A stretch of DNA of 64,000 nucleotides from an uncultured Bdellovibrionales bacterium (GTDB lineage: Bacteria; Bdellovibrionota_C; UBA2361; SZUA-149; CAZDIO01). The stretch covers positions 13,355 to 77,354 of the forward strand of contig CAZDIO010000102.1 of the NCBI GenBank assembly GCA_964505555.1, written 5' to 3'. Made by a program: the position numbers and the translations under genes. The notes beneath the pieces are model-generated. The model had not been told where the DNA came from and ran no database searches. It was given only the letters and a program-made list of their open reading frames with translations. Each line of letters starts with the position of its first letter. The first letter of the stretch is position 1. Below are positions 1-10,010 of this stretch, one piece after another.

Positions 1-720
1 TTGTAAGTAGGCGGTAGTGAGAAAAATTACCGTTCCACTACAAAACAGTAAGATCACTTCTTGTTGATGATTAAAGGCGATAAGAAAAAAAAGTGCTGCG
101 ATCTCTCTCCATCTGCTTGACTGACCAGAAAAGAGTTCTATCAATACGGTGAGTGCTCGAAAGTACGCTGCGTAGGCAATAATTGTCGAAGAAAGTGCAT
201 AGTAACGAACTCCAAATGAACTTGTGCCAAAAATGCAAAAAAAAGCGATAACATGAACATAGGCGCTCCACTTTGAAAAACGCAGTGTTCTTGCAAAAAG
301 ATAAAGCTGATACGCAAGTAAGAGCTGACTACAAGCACTAAGAAGATCAAGGGCTTCTCGCCTTGAAAGTAACGGAATAAAACGCAAAAAGCTCCAAAAA
401 AAGAAATAGGAAAACTTTCCCCTTAGGTCATGTTCACCGATTGTTGTCGCAGAGGTCCAAGAAAAAATCCGCCTCACATGCTCCCATGGATCAGAAGGGT
501 ATTCTAGGTACGCACCTGGGAGAAATAACAGCAAGAAAATTAGTAGCCAAAAAAGAACATCGAACACTTGAAAAGAGGAGATTCGCTTGAGACAAAAAAG
601 CAAAAACAGCAGACAAAACCCCACATGAAGGACAGTAAAAATCGAAAGAATGATAGATATTTTGAGATTCAAAACCCATCCAAAAAGATACACGGCTAGA
701 TAAGGGATAAAGAAACTCAC
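1..720 (-). pseudogene. Possible degraded membrane-protein gene running off the left edge. Three short hydrophobic minus-strand ORFs (71-271, 141-350, 491-679) lie in two different frames.
   Basis: The ORFs are F/L/W-rich and adjacent in alternating frames with no long intact ORF. This is consistent with a frameshifted Wzy/ligase-like gene, but there is no clear motif. Confidence 0.2.
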
Positions 721-955
721 TCCATCCCTAAAAAGATTAACGGAGATTTTATCGATTATTTTCTGACATTGCGTCATACAATTTTGTCTGGAATGGCACC
801 GATCAATTATCGATTCTTTATATGGTCATTGCACTAACACACCCCCACGAGAAGCCACAATCTTGTTGAGTCGCTTGCAATCGTTCTGACCTCAATTTGA
901 ATCCATTTCCTCCTTATGCTATGAAAAAATTGAGTCTAAAAGAACGTAAACTACT

Positions 956-1828
956 TTGACAATGTTAGAAGTTTTGAAAAAGCAAGAATCGAACGTGGTA
1001 AATATCGAGCGTCAAGCAGTTGAGCTGCAACCATTTACTCTGCTACTTTCAATCCGCAAACGATACCTGCTTTTTTTATCGCTCTTGATACTTGCTATTA
1101 CTGCTAGCGTGGTGAGCTACTATCTTACTCCTCCACAGTTTGAAAGTAGGGTTGTCGTTATAATTCCAAAAATAACCGATGACGCATTTAATGTGTTTCC
1201 AAATGTAGCGAGTGTTACCTCGAGTTTTATTGAAAAATACGATGTGACCAATGCTCGTCGATCCACAAGAAAGCTGCCTTATATAAATTCTGTGCATCCT
1301 ACTTCTGGTGCTTATGTCAAAGACAGTGATGCAATAGCAATCTCTGCTCGCGGGACAACGATTGGAGAATCAGAGCACTACCTCACTATCGTCGCCAAAC
1401 AGCTCGTTGAGGAACTAAACCTCCCTCTTACTATGGTAAAAAAGAATTGGACCGATTATCTTGATTGGATAACAAGAGAGAGCATTTCATTAGAAGGATC
1501 GATAAAGGATCTCGAAACAAAAACAGCGAATCTTTCTGGAGAAAATGTAGCATTTCATGCGCTGTTGACATTAGAACAAGCAAAAGCTCGCGATAACCTC
1601 TCTGAAATGCGCTCAAAGCTTGCCGCAACGAAGCGACAGTTAGTAATCGCCGATACCTATGCAGCCTCGATCCTTGTAGGACCAAGTCCCGTCTTCGATG
1701 GCAAACCTGTGACACCACGATTTAATGAATTTTTGTTTTTCGGAGTTTTCTTTGGTCTTTTCTTGGCGTGTGTCGGTATATTAGCCGCTGAATGTCTTCC
1801 GCGTATCTCCATTTTTAAGCGGACCTGA
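956..1828 (+). CDS. Polysaccharide chain-length determinant (Wzz/PCP-like) protein
   Basis: 290 aa with an N-terminal TM (LLFLSLLILAITASVVSYYL), a long periplasmic-type middle with coiled-coil-like KDLETKTANL..LEQAKARDNLSEMRSKLAATKRQL, and a C-terminal TM. Located in a glycan locus. Confidence 0.5.
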   Translation: MTMLEVLKKQESNVVNIERQAVELQPFTLLLSIRKRYLLFLSLLILAITASVVSYYLTPPQFESRVVVIIPKITDDAFNVFPNVASVTSSFIEKYDVTNARRSTRKLPYINSVHPTSGAYVKDSDAIAISARGTTIGESEHYLTIVAKQLVEELNLPLTMVKKNWTDYLDWITRESISLEGSIKDLETKTANLSGENVAFHALLTLEQAKARDNLSEMRSKLAATKRQLVIADTYAASILVGPSPVFDGKPVTPRFNEFLFFGVFFGLFLACVGILAAECLPRISIFKRT

Positions 1829-2656
1829 GCATTCAAACACCATCTTGAAGCTATATGGTTCGAGCAACAAAAAACGTTGCATCAGACCCTTATCAAGCTC
1901 ATCAATCAAAGCAAAAAGTTTCTTACAGAGCTTTTCTGGAAGGAGGTGGCGAAGGGGTGCAATGCAAGGCAGAAAAAAATGGAAATGTTTTTTTTCCGCC
2001 CTTGAAAATGAACTTTCAAGTAGAGTAAAATCTTGAGTTTTCATAACGTGCGAAGCCGCCCATCGAGTTCGCGTTCCGCGCCAAACTCCAACCGACCGAT
2101 TGAGGTTAAATATCGGGTTATGACCCAAACATTCGATTCCAAGGAGAACCCCTCGAGGACTTAGCACCCGACACATCTCTTTTAGTGCAGAGGGAAGATT
2201 AAAACTCGAAAATGCTTCATGGTTAATCACGACATCAAAACTATCATCCGCAAAATTGAGTGTGTCCGTATCCATCGTCTGAAACGAAACCTTTTGATGC
2301 AAGCCCCGCTCAAAAGCTCCCTGCGAGGCAACTTGCACAGCCGCTGGAGCGATATCAATACCGATTACTGAAGCAGCACCAAAAGCACCTGCCAAGATAC
2401 TATGTTTTCCAGTTCCACAGCCAACCTCAAGAATTCGTGCTCCCTGACAGATCGCACGAAGCCGGGTAAGAAAAAAATCTTCACTCCTATGGAGGATCTG
2501 TTCGCGCACCTCTGGCGAAGTAAAGTGACGAGAGGCCGCATAAAGCTCTTGATAGACCTCCCGTTCAGTCGCCTTCCACGGATCCTCTGGTAGTAATTCT
2601 CGACCGGAATTAACCACAGTGATCTCTTCCATCGGTCGTTCTTTGGAACTTTGCAT
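1781..2656 (-). CDS. Class I SAM-dependent methyltransferase
   Basis: SAM-binding motif ILEVGCGTGKHSILAGAFGAASVIGIDI (motif I E/DxGxGxG). Convergent with wzz-like gene. Confidence 0.7.
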   Translation of the reverse strand: MQSSKERPMEEITVVNSGRELLPEDPWKATEREVYQELYAASRHFTSPEVREQILHRSEDFFLTRLRAICQGARILEVGCGTGKHSILAGAFGAASVIGIDIAPAAVQVASQGAFERGLHQKVSFQTMDTDTLNFADDSFDVVINHEAFSSFNLPSALKEMCRVLSPRGVLLGIECLGHNPIFNLNRSVGVWRGTRTRWAASHVMKTQDFTLLESSFSRAEKKHFHFFLPCIAPLRHLLPEKLCKKLFALIDELDKGLMQRFLLLEPYSFKMVFECSGPLKNGDTRKTFSG

Positions 2657-2865
2657 TACTCTTTCTTATGAACTCTAGCACTGTATTTTTGACACTATAG
2701 AAGAAGGATAAAGAGAAGACAAATTCTCCACTCCTCTGTAAGCCTTGAATTTGTTATGTAATAAAATATCATCAAATGAGTGCAAAACAAGTGCCCTTAT
2801 GTTATGTAGTGCGGCTTAATCAGTATGGTCAAGCTGAGATTATTGTTGGAGATTATTAAGACCTT

Positions 2866-3969
2866 ATGAAGCAAATTCCCTATTTTGACTATCCTCATAC
2901 CTTTCGTTCAGAAGAAGAATCTCTTCTTGCGATTATTACTGATATCGGGCGAAGAGGAGCGTTTGTCCTGCAAAACGATCTCACACAGTTTGAAAAGAAT
3001 TTGGCGATCTTTGCAGAGTCCCCCTTCGCGGTAGGAGTTGCAAATGCCACAGATGGACTAACTATCGCTCTGCGAGCAGCAGGGATTGGTCCTGGTGATG
3101 AGGTAATCTTTTGCTCACACACCTTTGTGGCAACTGCTGCTGCAATTCACCATACGGGTGCTACGCCGGTGCCTGTTGAATGCCAAGCTGATCATTTGAT
3201 CGATCCTCACTCAGTGAAAAAAGCGATAACAAAACGCACAAAAGCGATCCTTCCTACACAGCTCAATGGGCGAACCGCAGAAATGGATCTCTTGATGGCG
3301 ATCGCCGAAGAAAACAATCTCCTCCTTATTGAAGATGCGGCACAAGCTCTTGGCTCTCGTTTTAGGGGGAGACAAGCAGGCACTTTTGGGGTTGCCTCAG
3401 CAATTAGCTTTTTCCCTGCAAAATCGCTTGGCTGCTTAGGAGATGGTGGCGCAGTACTTGTTCGAAATGAAGAGCTCTATCACAAAATACGATTAATGAG
3501 AGATCACGGTCGAAGCGCAACCGGTGAAGTTGTGATGTGGGGGGTTAATTCCCGCCTTGATAATTTACAAGCAGCGATATTGGATTATCGATTAAAATCT
3601 TTCGATACGGTCATTGCGCGCCGCAGAAAGATCGCTCAAATCTATCAAGAAGAACTAGAAGCAACGTCCCAAGTTGTTCTCCCACCCGGGCCAAATGCAA
3701 ACAGTGATCACTTTGATACCTTTCAAAATTATGAGATCGAGGCCGAACTGAGAGATGCTTTAAAGAATTTTCTTCGTGAGCAAGGTGTGGGCACTTTGAT
3801 TCAATGGGGAGGAAAAGCGGTACATGAATTTCCAGCGCTGGGATTTCAGGTGAAACTTCCCTTCACAGAAAAAATGTTTGAACGATGTTTGATGCTCCCG
3901 ATGAACATGTCTCTAGCGGATGAAGATGTTCGACATATTTGTACGGTGATAAGAAAGTTTTATGGCTAG
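2866..3969 (+). CDS. DegT/DnrJ/EryC1/StrS-family PLP-dependent sugar aminotransferase
   Basis: Conserved family blocks: GxANATDGLTIAL, DEVIxxSHTFVATA, LIEDAAQALGS, and the SFFPAKSLGCLGDGGAV block with PLP lysine. 367 aa. Confidence 0.85.
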   Translation: MKQIPYFDYPHTFRSEEESLLAIITDIGRRGAFVLQNDLTQFEKNLAIFAESPFAVGVANATDGLTIALRAAGIGPGDEVIFCSHTFVATAAAIHHTGATPVPVECQADHLIDPHSVKKAITKRTKAILPTQLNGRTAEMDLLMAIAEENNLLLIEDAAQALGSRFRGRQAGTFGVASAISFFPAKSLGCLGDGGAVLVRNEELYHKIRLMRDHGRSATGEVVMWGVNSRLDNLQAAILDYRLKSFDTVIARRRKIAQIYQEELEATSQVVLPPGPNANSDHFDTFQNYEIEAELRDALKNFLREQGVGTLIQWGGKAVHEFPALGFQVKLPFTEKMFERCLMLPMNMSLADEDVRHICTVIRKFYG

Positions 3970-4807
3970 TAGTTTTGACGGCCTTGTGCCCGATCCCATC
4001 AGCTCGAAGGAGCTGGCAAAAAGGATTCGAATCCACGCATTAGAAATGGCAAACCGAGGCTCTAGCTCGCATATCGCTTCTAGCCTTTCTATTGCGGACA
4101 TTCTTGCCGTTCTTTATGGAGAGGTTTTGCAGGTAGACCCCACCAATCCTCAGTGGCCTGCTCGAGATCGCTTTATCTTGAGCAAAGGTCATGCTGGAGC
4201 AGCTCTTTATGCAACCCTGGCGGAAAGAGGGTTTTTCCCGCCTGAACGTCTCCTCTCACACTATCAGAATGGTTCCGATCTTAGTGGACATGTATCTCAC
4301 AAAGGTATCCCTGGGGTGGAGCTCTCCACGGGATCTCTAGGACATGGGCTTGGGGTCGGTGCCGGAATGGCATACGGAGCAAGACTTGATGCACAGACTC
4401 ATCGAGTCTTTGTGTTGATGAGTGATGGAGAGTGTGACGAAGGTTCAAATTGGGAAGCTATTTTATTTGCTGCACATCATCAACTTGATAACCTGGTGGC
4501 AATCATCGATTATAATAAGATACAAAGCCTTGCTCCTGTTTCAGAAACGTTGGGACTTGAGCCCTTCCGTGCAAAATGGGAGGCCTTTGGTTGGGAAGTA
4601 AAGGAATTAGATGGTCATCACCATCAGGAACTTTTTAGTGCTTTCTCAAAAATTCCTTTTGAAACAGGAAAGCCAAATTGCATTATTGCTCACACAACCA
4701 AGGGAAAAGGAGTTAAGTTCATGGAAGACTCTGTACTTTGGCACTACCGCACTCCTCAGGGAAGTGAATTTGAACGAGCATTAGCAGAGCTTCATTCTAC
4801 CTTATGA
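3962..4807 (+). CDS. Transketolase, N-terminal (ThDP/PP-binding) subunit of a split transketolase
   Basis: 281 aa. Motifs SKGHAGAALYATLAERGF and GSLGHGLGVGAGMAY, with GDGECDEGSNWEA (ThDP-binding GDG...E/N). Overlaps upstream DegT stop (ATGGCTAG). Confidence 0.85.
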   Translation: MASSFDGLVPDPISSKELAKRIRIHALEMANRGSSSHIASSLSIADILAVLYGEVLQVDPTNPQWPARDRFILSKGHAGAALYATLAERGFFPPERLLSHYQNGSDLSGHVSHKGIPGVELSTGSLGHGLGVGAGMAYGARLDAQTHRVFVLMSDGECDEGSNWEAILFAAHHQLDNLVAIIDYNKIQSLAPVSETLGLEPFRAKWEAFGWEVKELDGHHHQELFSAFSKIPFETGKPNCIIAHTTKGKGVKFMEDSVLWHYRTPQGSEFERALAELHSTL

Positions 4808-5760
4808 GAGATTGTTTTATCTTTAGGCTCTGTCAGATCGCAGAACACAATCCGCGTGTCATGCTCCTTACTGGAGATCTCGGATTTGCGGTGTTTGATG
4901 AATTTCGCAGTCGGTTTCCTCGACAGTTTCTTAATGTCGGTGTTGCAGAACAGAACCTCACCGGGGTAGCAACTGGATTAGCTCTAGAAGGGCGCGTTGT
5001 GTTTACCTACTCAATTGGAAACTTTCCAACTTTGCGTTGCTTAGAGCAGATTCGAAGCGACGTGCTCTATCATAACGCCAATGTAAATATTGTATCCGTG
5101 GGCTCTGGCTTTAGTTATGGTGCGCTTGGAATGTCTCATCATGCGACTGAGGATATAAGCATTATGCGCGCACTCCCTGGTCTGACGATCATGTCCCCAG
5201 GTGATGATTGGGAAGCTGAAGAATGCACCCAGGCACTGGTCATGAAGCAAGGTCCTGGATATCTACGGCTCGATAAATCAAGCGCTGGAAACACAAAAAA
5301 GCCTGGCGAAATCTTTCAATTAGGCCAAGGCCGGGTACTTCGCGAGGGGAATAACGCAACTTTGATTACGACAGGTGGAATTTTGAAGTTAGTGCTTGAA
5401 GTCGCTGATCAACTTGCTCTTGCCAAGCTCCCTTGTCGAGTGATTAGTCTCCCAACTCTAAAACCGTTAGATTGGGGGCTTATTGAACGTGGAGCGATGG
5501 AAACAGGTGGAATCGTGACGATTGAAGAACATACCGTCGAGGGTGGGTTGGGAAGCCTCGTCGCAGAACACTTATTAGAATCAGGAATTATTCCAGAAAA
5601 GTTTTTCCGTATCGGATTGCGAGATGGATTTCCTACTGTCGTGGGAAGCCAGGAGTATCTACGATCAATATGTAAAATTGATTCTCGCAGTATTTTTGAA
5701 ACCCTCGCTAAGTTCCTTCAGCGCGAGGAAAAGCTCCCCCACAGAGGTGTAGCAAGATGA
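4804..5760 (+). CDS. Transketolase, C-terminal (pyrimidine-binding + C-term) subunit
   Basis: 318 aa. Motifs NVGVAEQNLTGVATGLALEG and HHATEDISIMRALPGLTIMSPGD. 4-nt overlap (ATGA) with the N-subunit gene. Confidence 0.85.
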   Translation: MRDCFIFRLCQIAEHNPRVMLLTGDLGFAVFDEFRSRFPRQFLNVGVAEQNLTGVATGLALEGRVVFTYSIGNFPTLRCLEQIRSDVLYHNANVNIVSVGSGFSYGALGMSHHATEDISIMRALPGLTIMSPGDDWEAEECTQALVMKQGPGYLRLDKSSAGNTKKPGEIFQLGQGRVLREGNNATLITTGGILKLVLEVADQLALAKLPCRVISLPTLKPLDWGLIERGAMETGGIVTIEEHTVEGGLGSLVAEHLLESGIIPEKFFRIGLRDGFPTVVGSQEYLRSICKIDSRSIFETLAKFLQREEKLPHRGVAR

Positions 5761-6527
5761 AGCGAACACTGGACATCATTGCGGCAACACTTGGACTCAC
5801 TTTTCTGGCTCCTATTTTATCGTGTCTCGCATTTGCAATATGGCTCCAAGATCGGCACTCCCCATTCTATATTAGTCAACGAGTAGGGCGTGGGGGTAAT
5901 GTGTTTCAGATGGTGAAGTTGCGTTCGATGATCGCCTTTGCAGATCGTGCGGGAATTGATTCCACATCAGCAACGGATTCGCGCATTACACCGCTTGGTC
6001 ATTTTATTCGACGGTATAAAATGGATGAGTTATGCCAACTTTGGAATGTTCTAAGAGGTGAGATGAGCTTAGTCGGACCAAGACCGAATGTTCAGTGGGA
6101 CACTCAGCGGTACACCACAGAAGAGAAAAAGCTTCTTACCGTCCGGCCTGGAGTTACTGACTTGGCTTCGATCGTCTTCTCAGATGAGGGAGAAATACTT
6201 CGAGACAGTAGCGATCCGGACCTGGATTACAGCCGCATCATTCGGCCTTGGAAAAATCGGCTTGGATTGATTTATATCGAAAACCAATCCTTTTTCCTTG
6301 ATCTTCGAGTTATTTATCTTACCTGCATTGCGATCATTTCTAAAGATCGCGCACTGCAATCAGTCGTCAAAATTCTTATCGGATTTGGCGCTGACCCACT
6401 CCTGATAAGAATGGCTAGCCGAAAAGAGGCCTTACTTGCATATCCTCCTCCAGGAAGTAACTCCATTGCCACTACAGGGAAACCCGCAGATGAGGGTGCT
6501 GCGATGCCTAAACGACAATGCGGTTAA
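5757..6527 (+). CDS. Polyprenyl-phosphate sugar phosphotransferase (bacterial sugar transferase, PglC/WbaP-C-like initiating enzyme)
   Basis: 256 aa. N-terminal TM, then RVGRGGNVFQMVKLRSM...DELCQLWNVLRGEMSLVGPRP motif typical of the PF02397 family. ATGA overlap with upstream gene. Confidence 0.85.
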   Translation: MKRTLDIIAATLGLTFLAPILSCLAFAIWLQDRHSPFYISQRVGRGGNVFQMVKLRSMIAFADRAGIDSTSATDSRITPLGHFIRRYKMDELCQLWNVLRGEMSLVGPRPNVQWDTQRYTTEEKKLLTVRPGVTDLASIVFSDEGEILRDSSDPDLDYSRIIRPWKNRLGLIYIENQSFFLDLRVIYLTCIAIISKDRALQSVVKILIGFGADPLLIRMASRKEALLAYPPPGSNSIATTGKPADEGAAMPKRQCG

Positions 6528-6536
6528 AACACCAGA

Positions 6537-7292
6537 TTAGTCAATGAAGGCGTACGCCACATAAGGATCGAAATCAAAACGCCGGAGCCTCAATTTATTT
6601 GGTCCTAGCACATCGAGTAGAGCCCCTGTTTCGCCAGGCCAAATCGGATTGTCGAGTTCGTCAAATGCAATAACAGCTCCTTTCGGCATCCGGGGAACAA
6701 AATACTCAAGAGCAATCTTTGTCGGCTCATACAGATCAAGATCTAAATACAAAAGACTCACGACAGTGTGTTTGTTGTTTTCAATAAAAGTTGGGATCGT
6801 TTCACGAACATCTCCCCGGACAAGGTGTACTTTATCAACATGCCCAAGAAACCGGTTATCATCATAAATAGAGATGAGCTGCAAGATTTCATCATAAGAA
6901 TTAGCCGCAAGATCTCCTTTTTGTGGCAAATACTGCTTGCTGTGATCTCGTTGCGTAATTCCATTTAACCCTGAAAAACTATCAAATCCATATATTCTCC
7001 GGGTAAGATTATTTGGTTCAAGAACAGAAGAAAAATGTGCCCAACTCATTAAACCAAACCCCTGATTCACTCCACACTCTATGATTGAACCTTTGACAGG
7101 GAGGCAAAGTTTAAAAAGCTCATAGAGCGTAAGAAATCGTGTTACCTTTTGACGGCGAATGTATTTGGGAAAGTTCTCGAGATTCTGTTCTGTAATCAGG
7201 TTATTTCCGTTAAAGAGCGCCGCAATTCGTTCTCCGATCTCTGCTTCAGTTGTGGTTCTAAGCCCACCTTCAGGAACGACTGATGATTTCAT
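6537..7292 (-). CDS. TylF/MycF-family SAM-dependent O-methyltransferase
   Basis: 251 aa. Motifs GSIIECGVNQGFG..., DVRETIP and LYLDLDLYEPT, characteristic of macrocin-O-methyltransferase-like sugar O-MTs. Confidence 0.7.
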   Translation of the reverse strand: MKSSVVPEGGLRTTTEAEIGERIAALFNGNNLITEQNLENFPKYIRRQKVTRFLTLYELFKLCLPVKGSIIECGVNQGFGLMSWAHFSSVLEPNNLTRRIYGFDSFSGLNGITQRDHSKQYLPQKGDLAANSYDEILQLISIYDDNRFLGHVDKVHLVRGDVRETIPTFIENNKHTVVSLLYLDLDLYEPTKIALEYFVPRMPKGAVIAFDELDNPIWPGETGALLDVLGPNKLRLRRFDFDPYVAYAFID

Positions 7293-7457
7293 ATGTCTAA
7301 TTAAACACTAGCTTAGCGGTATTATTCGAGCCGTTTCCGCTCTTTCGTTGACATCCAAAAAGTTATACTCGGAATTAGTAGGCAATAGCAAGTTTTCTTC
7401 TAGAGAGAATTTCTCTCCTCAACCCTTCATTAGGCTCGAGAGAGCACTTTTTTTCAA

Positions 7458-8594
7458 CTATGCTGCCTCCCTCTTCTGTCTCCGATAAAACTCTTCGTAT
7501 CTGCTTGTAATCGCCTGAATGCTAAAAAAAGATTCTATTCGGACCCGAGCGGCGGCGCCTAAGGCTTCTTGTTCCGGTCGACTCATGACGATAATTTTCT
7601 CCCAGCCCTGTGCTAACGCCACAGGAGAGCCGATCGGAACAATGATACCGCTGCTACCGATAAGCGTTCTACAATCTCCGACGTCAGTAACCACGCATGG
7701 GATGCCACAAGCCATCGCTTCTCCAACCACGTTTGGGAAACCTTCACTCTTTGAGGATAAGGTAAAGATATTAAGTGCTGCCATAATTTTCTCAGCATCT
7801 TTTCGTTCCCCAAGCAGACGCACATGAGACGCAAGATCTAATCGCTCAATAATTTTTATAAGCTCAGCATTTGATGAATCAAAACCCTCTCCACAAAGAA
7901 GAAATGTGCATTGTTTGCAACTTTTTCGAAGCTCCGTTGCTGCATTTAAAAAGTTTTCAGGGTCCTTGATAGGATCGTATCGCGCAACCATCCCAATAAG
8001 CATCTCTGTAGGCCCAACATTTAACTCCCTTCTAATTTGCGCTCGTGCTTCTTGATCAGGACGAAACACCGTTGTGTCAAAACCGTTAGGAATTATCTCA
8101 AATCTCTTGGTGTTATATCCCAAACGTTTGTGACTTTCTTTTGCTGCTGAAGAGTTACAGATAATTGCCTTTGGGACACTGTATGAAAGCCACGCGCAGA
8201 GTTTCATTACCATCCATGTTGTCTTCTTTGTTCGTGAAATCTCCACATCACTTCGTCGACAATTCCAAATAACGGGAGCCTTACTTATCAATCGTGTTAC
8301 GACTCCACCAAGAAGATCGGCATGATACATCCATGTTTGAACAATATCTGGAGAAAAAGTTTTTATATAGCGCGCAAGTTTAAAGCTTGCTGATAAGTCA
8401 GGAACCCCTCTTTTCATATTAAGAGTTCTGACAACAATTCCAATCTCCTCAAGACGTTGAGCGATGGGGCCGGGAGAAATAAGAGAGATAACTTCGTTCT
8501 CGAATTCATCCCGATTCATATGTGCAAGCAATTTAAAAAGCATCATTTCAGCACCACCAACGTGCAAACCAGTGATGATGTGGAGGACCTTCAT
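7458..8594 (-). CDS. Glycosyltransferase family 4 (GT-B, Glycos_transf_1)
   Basis: 378 aa. N-terminal MKVLHIITGLHVGGAEMMLFKL and C-terminal EGFPNVVGEAMACGIPCVVTDVG (E-x7-E region). Confidence 0.85.
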   Translation of the reverse strand: MKVLHIITGLHVGGAEMMLFKLLAHMNRDEFENEVISLISPGPIAQRLEEIGIVVRTLNMKRGVPDLSASFKLARYIKTFSPDIVQTWMYHADLLGGVVTRLISKAPVIWNCRRSDVEISRTKKTTWMVMKLCAWLSYSVPKAIICNSSAAKESHKRLGYNTKRFEIIPNGFDTTVFRPDQEARAQIRRELNVGPTEMLIGMVARYDPIKDPENFLNAATELRKSCKQCTFLLCGEGFDSSNAELIKIIERLDLASHVRLLGERKDAEKIMAALNIFTLSSKSEGFPNVVGEAMACGIPCVVTDVGDCRTLIGSSGIIVPIGSPVALAQGWEKIIVMSRPEQEALGAAARVRIESFFSIQAITSRYEEFYRRQKREAA

Positions 8595-8673
8595 TACCTA
8601 AAACATCTCCTTGCTTTCATAAGAAAATCCATGTTTATTATATACTTCTGGAAAAATCTATAATTGCCATTAC

Positions 8674-9963
8674 ATGATATTCTCCTTACTTCCGATGTTT
8701 GTTGTCACCACCACTTCTGTCGTAATGCTCTTGGTATGGGGGCTTTCGCAACGTTTCAACCTGCACTCATTGCACAACATTTTTATCCTTATTTGGGCAT
8801 ACTATACGTTTTGTGTCCCGTTGGATTTGATGTTTTTCCCTGAATTACTTTCTCCCTCAGTCGGTGGCATGCCTAATCTCGGAGATGAAACCTTCGGAGA
8901 TGAGATAGGAATTACATTTTTTCATTATCTGATACTTGGCGGCTCATTTTTTTTAATCTACCACTTTCTGCCGGGTGGATCTCATAAAAACCCCAGGTGG
9001 AAATTATTGGAACTTCCTCTTCCCCCTCTCTGGGTGGTGATTACTTTAAATACGTTGGTCTTCGTAGCCTCAGTGGTGCTCATCGGCAGCCTTTCGCGAA
9101 GCGAAGCCGCGCTCTTGGGTGCGACAAATGTTTCATATAAGTTTTTTACGATCCTCACTACATTCGTTCAGGCGCTTAATATTATTTATGTTCATGAGAT
9201 TAACGACCGACGGAAAGCGCTTCTCATAGTACTTGCTTCATTTCTTTTTACACTCGCCACTGGTGGTCGAACGACTTTTGTAATTTTCATGCTCATCTTT
9301 CTCATCCGTTATGAAATACCGATTTCACGAGTTGGGCGAATTGTAACCGGAGTACTCGCCATTTGTTTTGCTGCTTTTTGGAAATTAATCTGGAGCAGTT
9401 TATCCCAGATGATTTTTTTTGGAGGCTCGGCTTCTGCGCTTTTAGACTTACCCTCTGTGACGGTTTCTAACTTTGAGGGGATCGGTCCCTATGAAATATC
9501 GGTATCCCTTCTTCGTCACTGGGGCTCCTCCCCTTGGTTACTGGGAGAGACCTATATCGTTACTCCGTTGCAATTATTGTTCCCACGTTTTCTTAGTTGG
9601 GAGCCGGTACAAACGCTTGCCGAATATTATGGTCAGTTATTCTCGCCAAACTTTGTTGCTCTTGGTGGTGGTATTGGTTTTTCAGCCGTTGGCGAGGCTT
9701 GGCTTAATTTTTCCCACTTTGGGCCTTTTTTACTCGGCTTGGTTTTTGGTTATATCGCTAAATATTATGACAGCCACCCGCGAGGATTGAGTTATTGGAT
9801 AGTCGTTATTGTTTTCTGTAGATTGTTTCGTTCAGATTTTGCTTCCATTTTTAAGAGTTGGTTGCTGATCTTGGGAATCTCTATACTTGTGGTAACAGTA
9901 TGTCTAAGGCTGCTTGGTGAGTTGCAGGCCAAAATGCTGACACAATGCAAGGAAAACCATTGA
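8674..9963 (+). CDS. Polytopic membrane protein, O-antigen/oligosaccharide repeat-unit polymerase (Wzy)-like
   Basis: 429 aa with about 10–12 predicted TM segments and no soluble domain. Location is between a GT4 gene and other glycan genes. Assignment is by context only. Confidence 0.4.
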   Translation: MIFSLLPMFVVTTTSVVMLLVWGLSQRFNLHSLHNIFILIWAYYTFCVPLDLMFFPELLSPSVGGMPNLGDETFGDEIGITFFHYLILGGSFFLIYHFLPGGSHKNPRWKLLELPLPPLWVVITLNTLVFVASVVLIGSLSRSEAALLGATNVSYKFFTILTTFVQALNIIYVHEINDRRKALLIVLASFLFTLATGGRTTFVIFMLIFLIRYEIPISRVGRIVTGVLAICFAAFWKLIWSSLSQMIFFGGSASALLDLPSVTVSNFEGIGPYEISVSLLRHWGSSPWLLGETYIVTPLQLLFPRFLSWEPVQTLAEYYGQLFSPNFVALGGGIGFSAVGEAWLNFSHFGPFLLGLVFGYIAKYYDSHPRGLSYWIVVIVFCRLFRSDFASIFKSWLLILGISILVVTVCLRLLGELQAKMLTQCKENH

Positions 9964-10010
9964 AGCAACCGGTTAATTTGGTGGTTTAACGTTAGCGTTA
10001 AAAAGAAACT

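Noticed and set aside
4022-4033. ggattcgaatcc (tRNA T-arm-like motif) and similar hits
   Set aside because: The motif lies inside the transketolase CDS with no surrounding cloverleaf. No convincing tRNA or rRNA was found in any intergenic region of the window.
8457-8663. 68-aa ORF overlapping the 5' end of the GT4 gene on the opposite strand
   Set aside because: Antisense to a well-supported CDS with no RBS; a typical shadow ORF. Same reasoning applies to 9473-9790, 7519-7827, 12069-12362 and 20127-20495.
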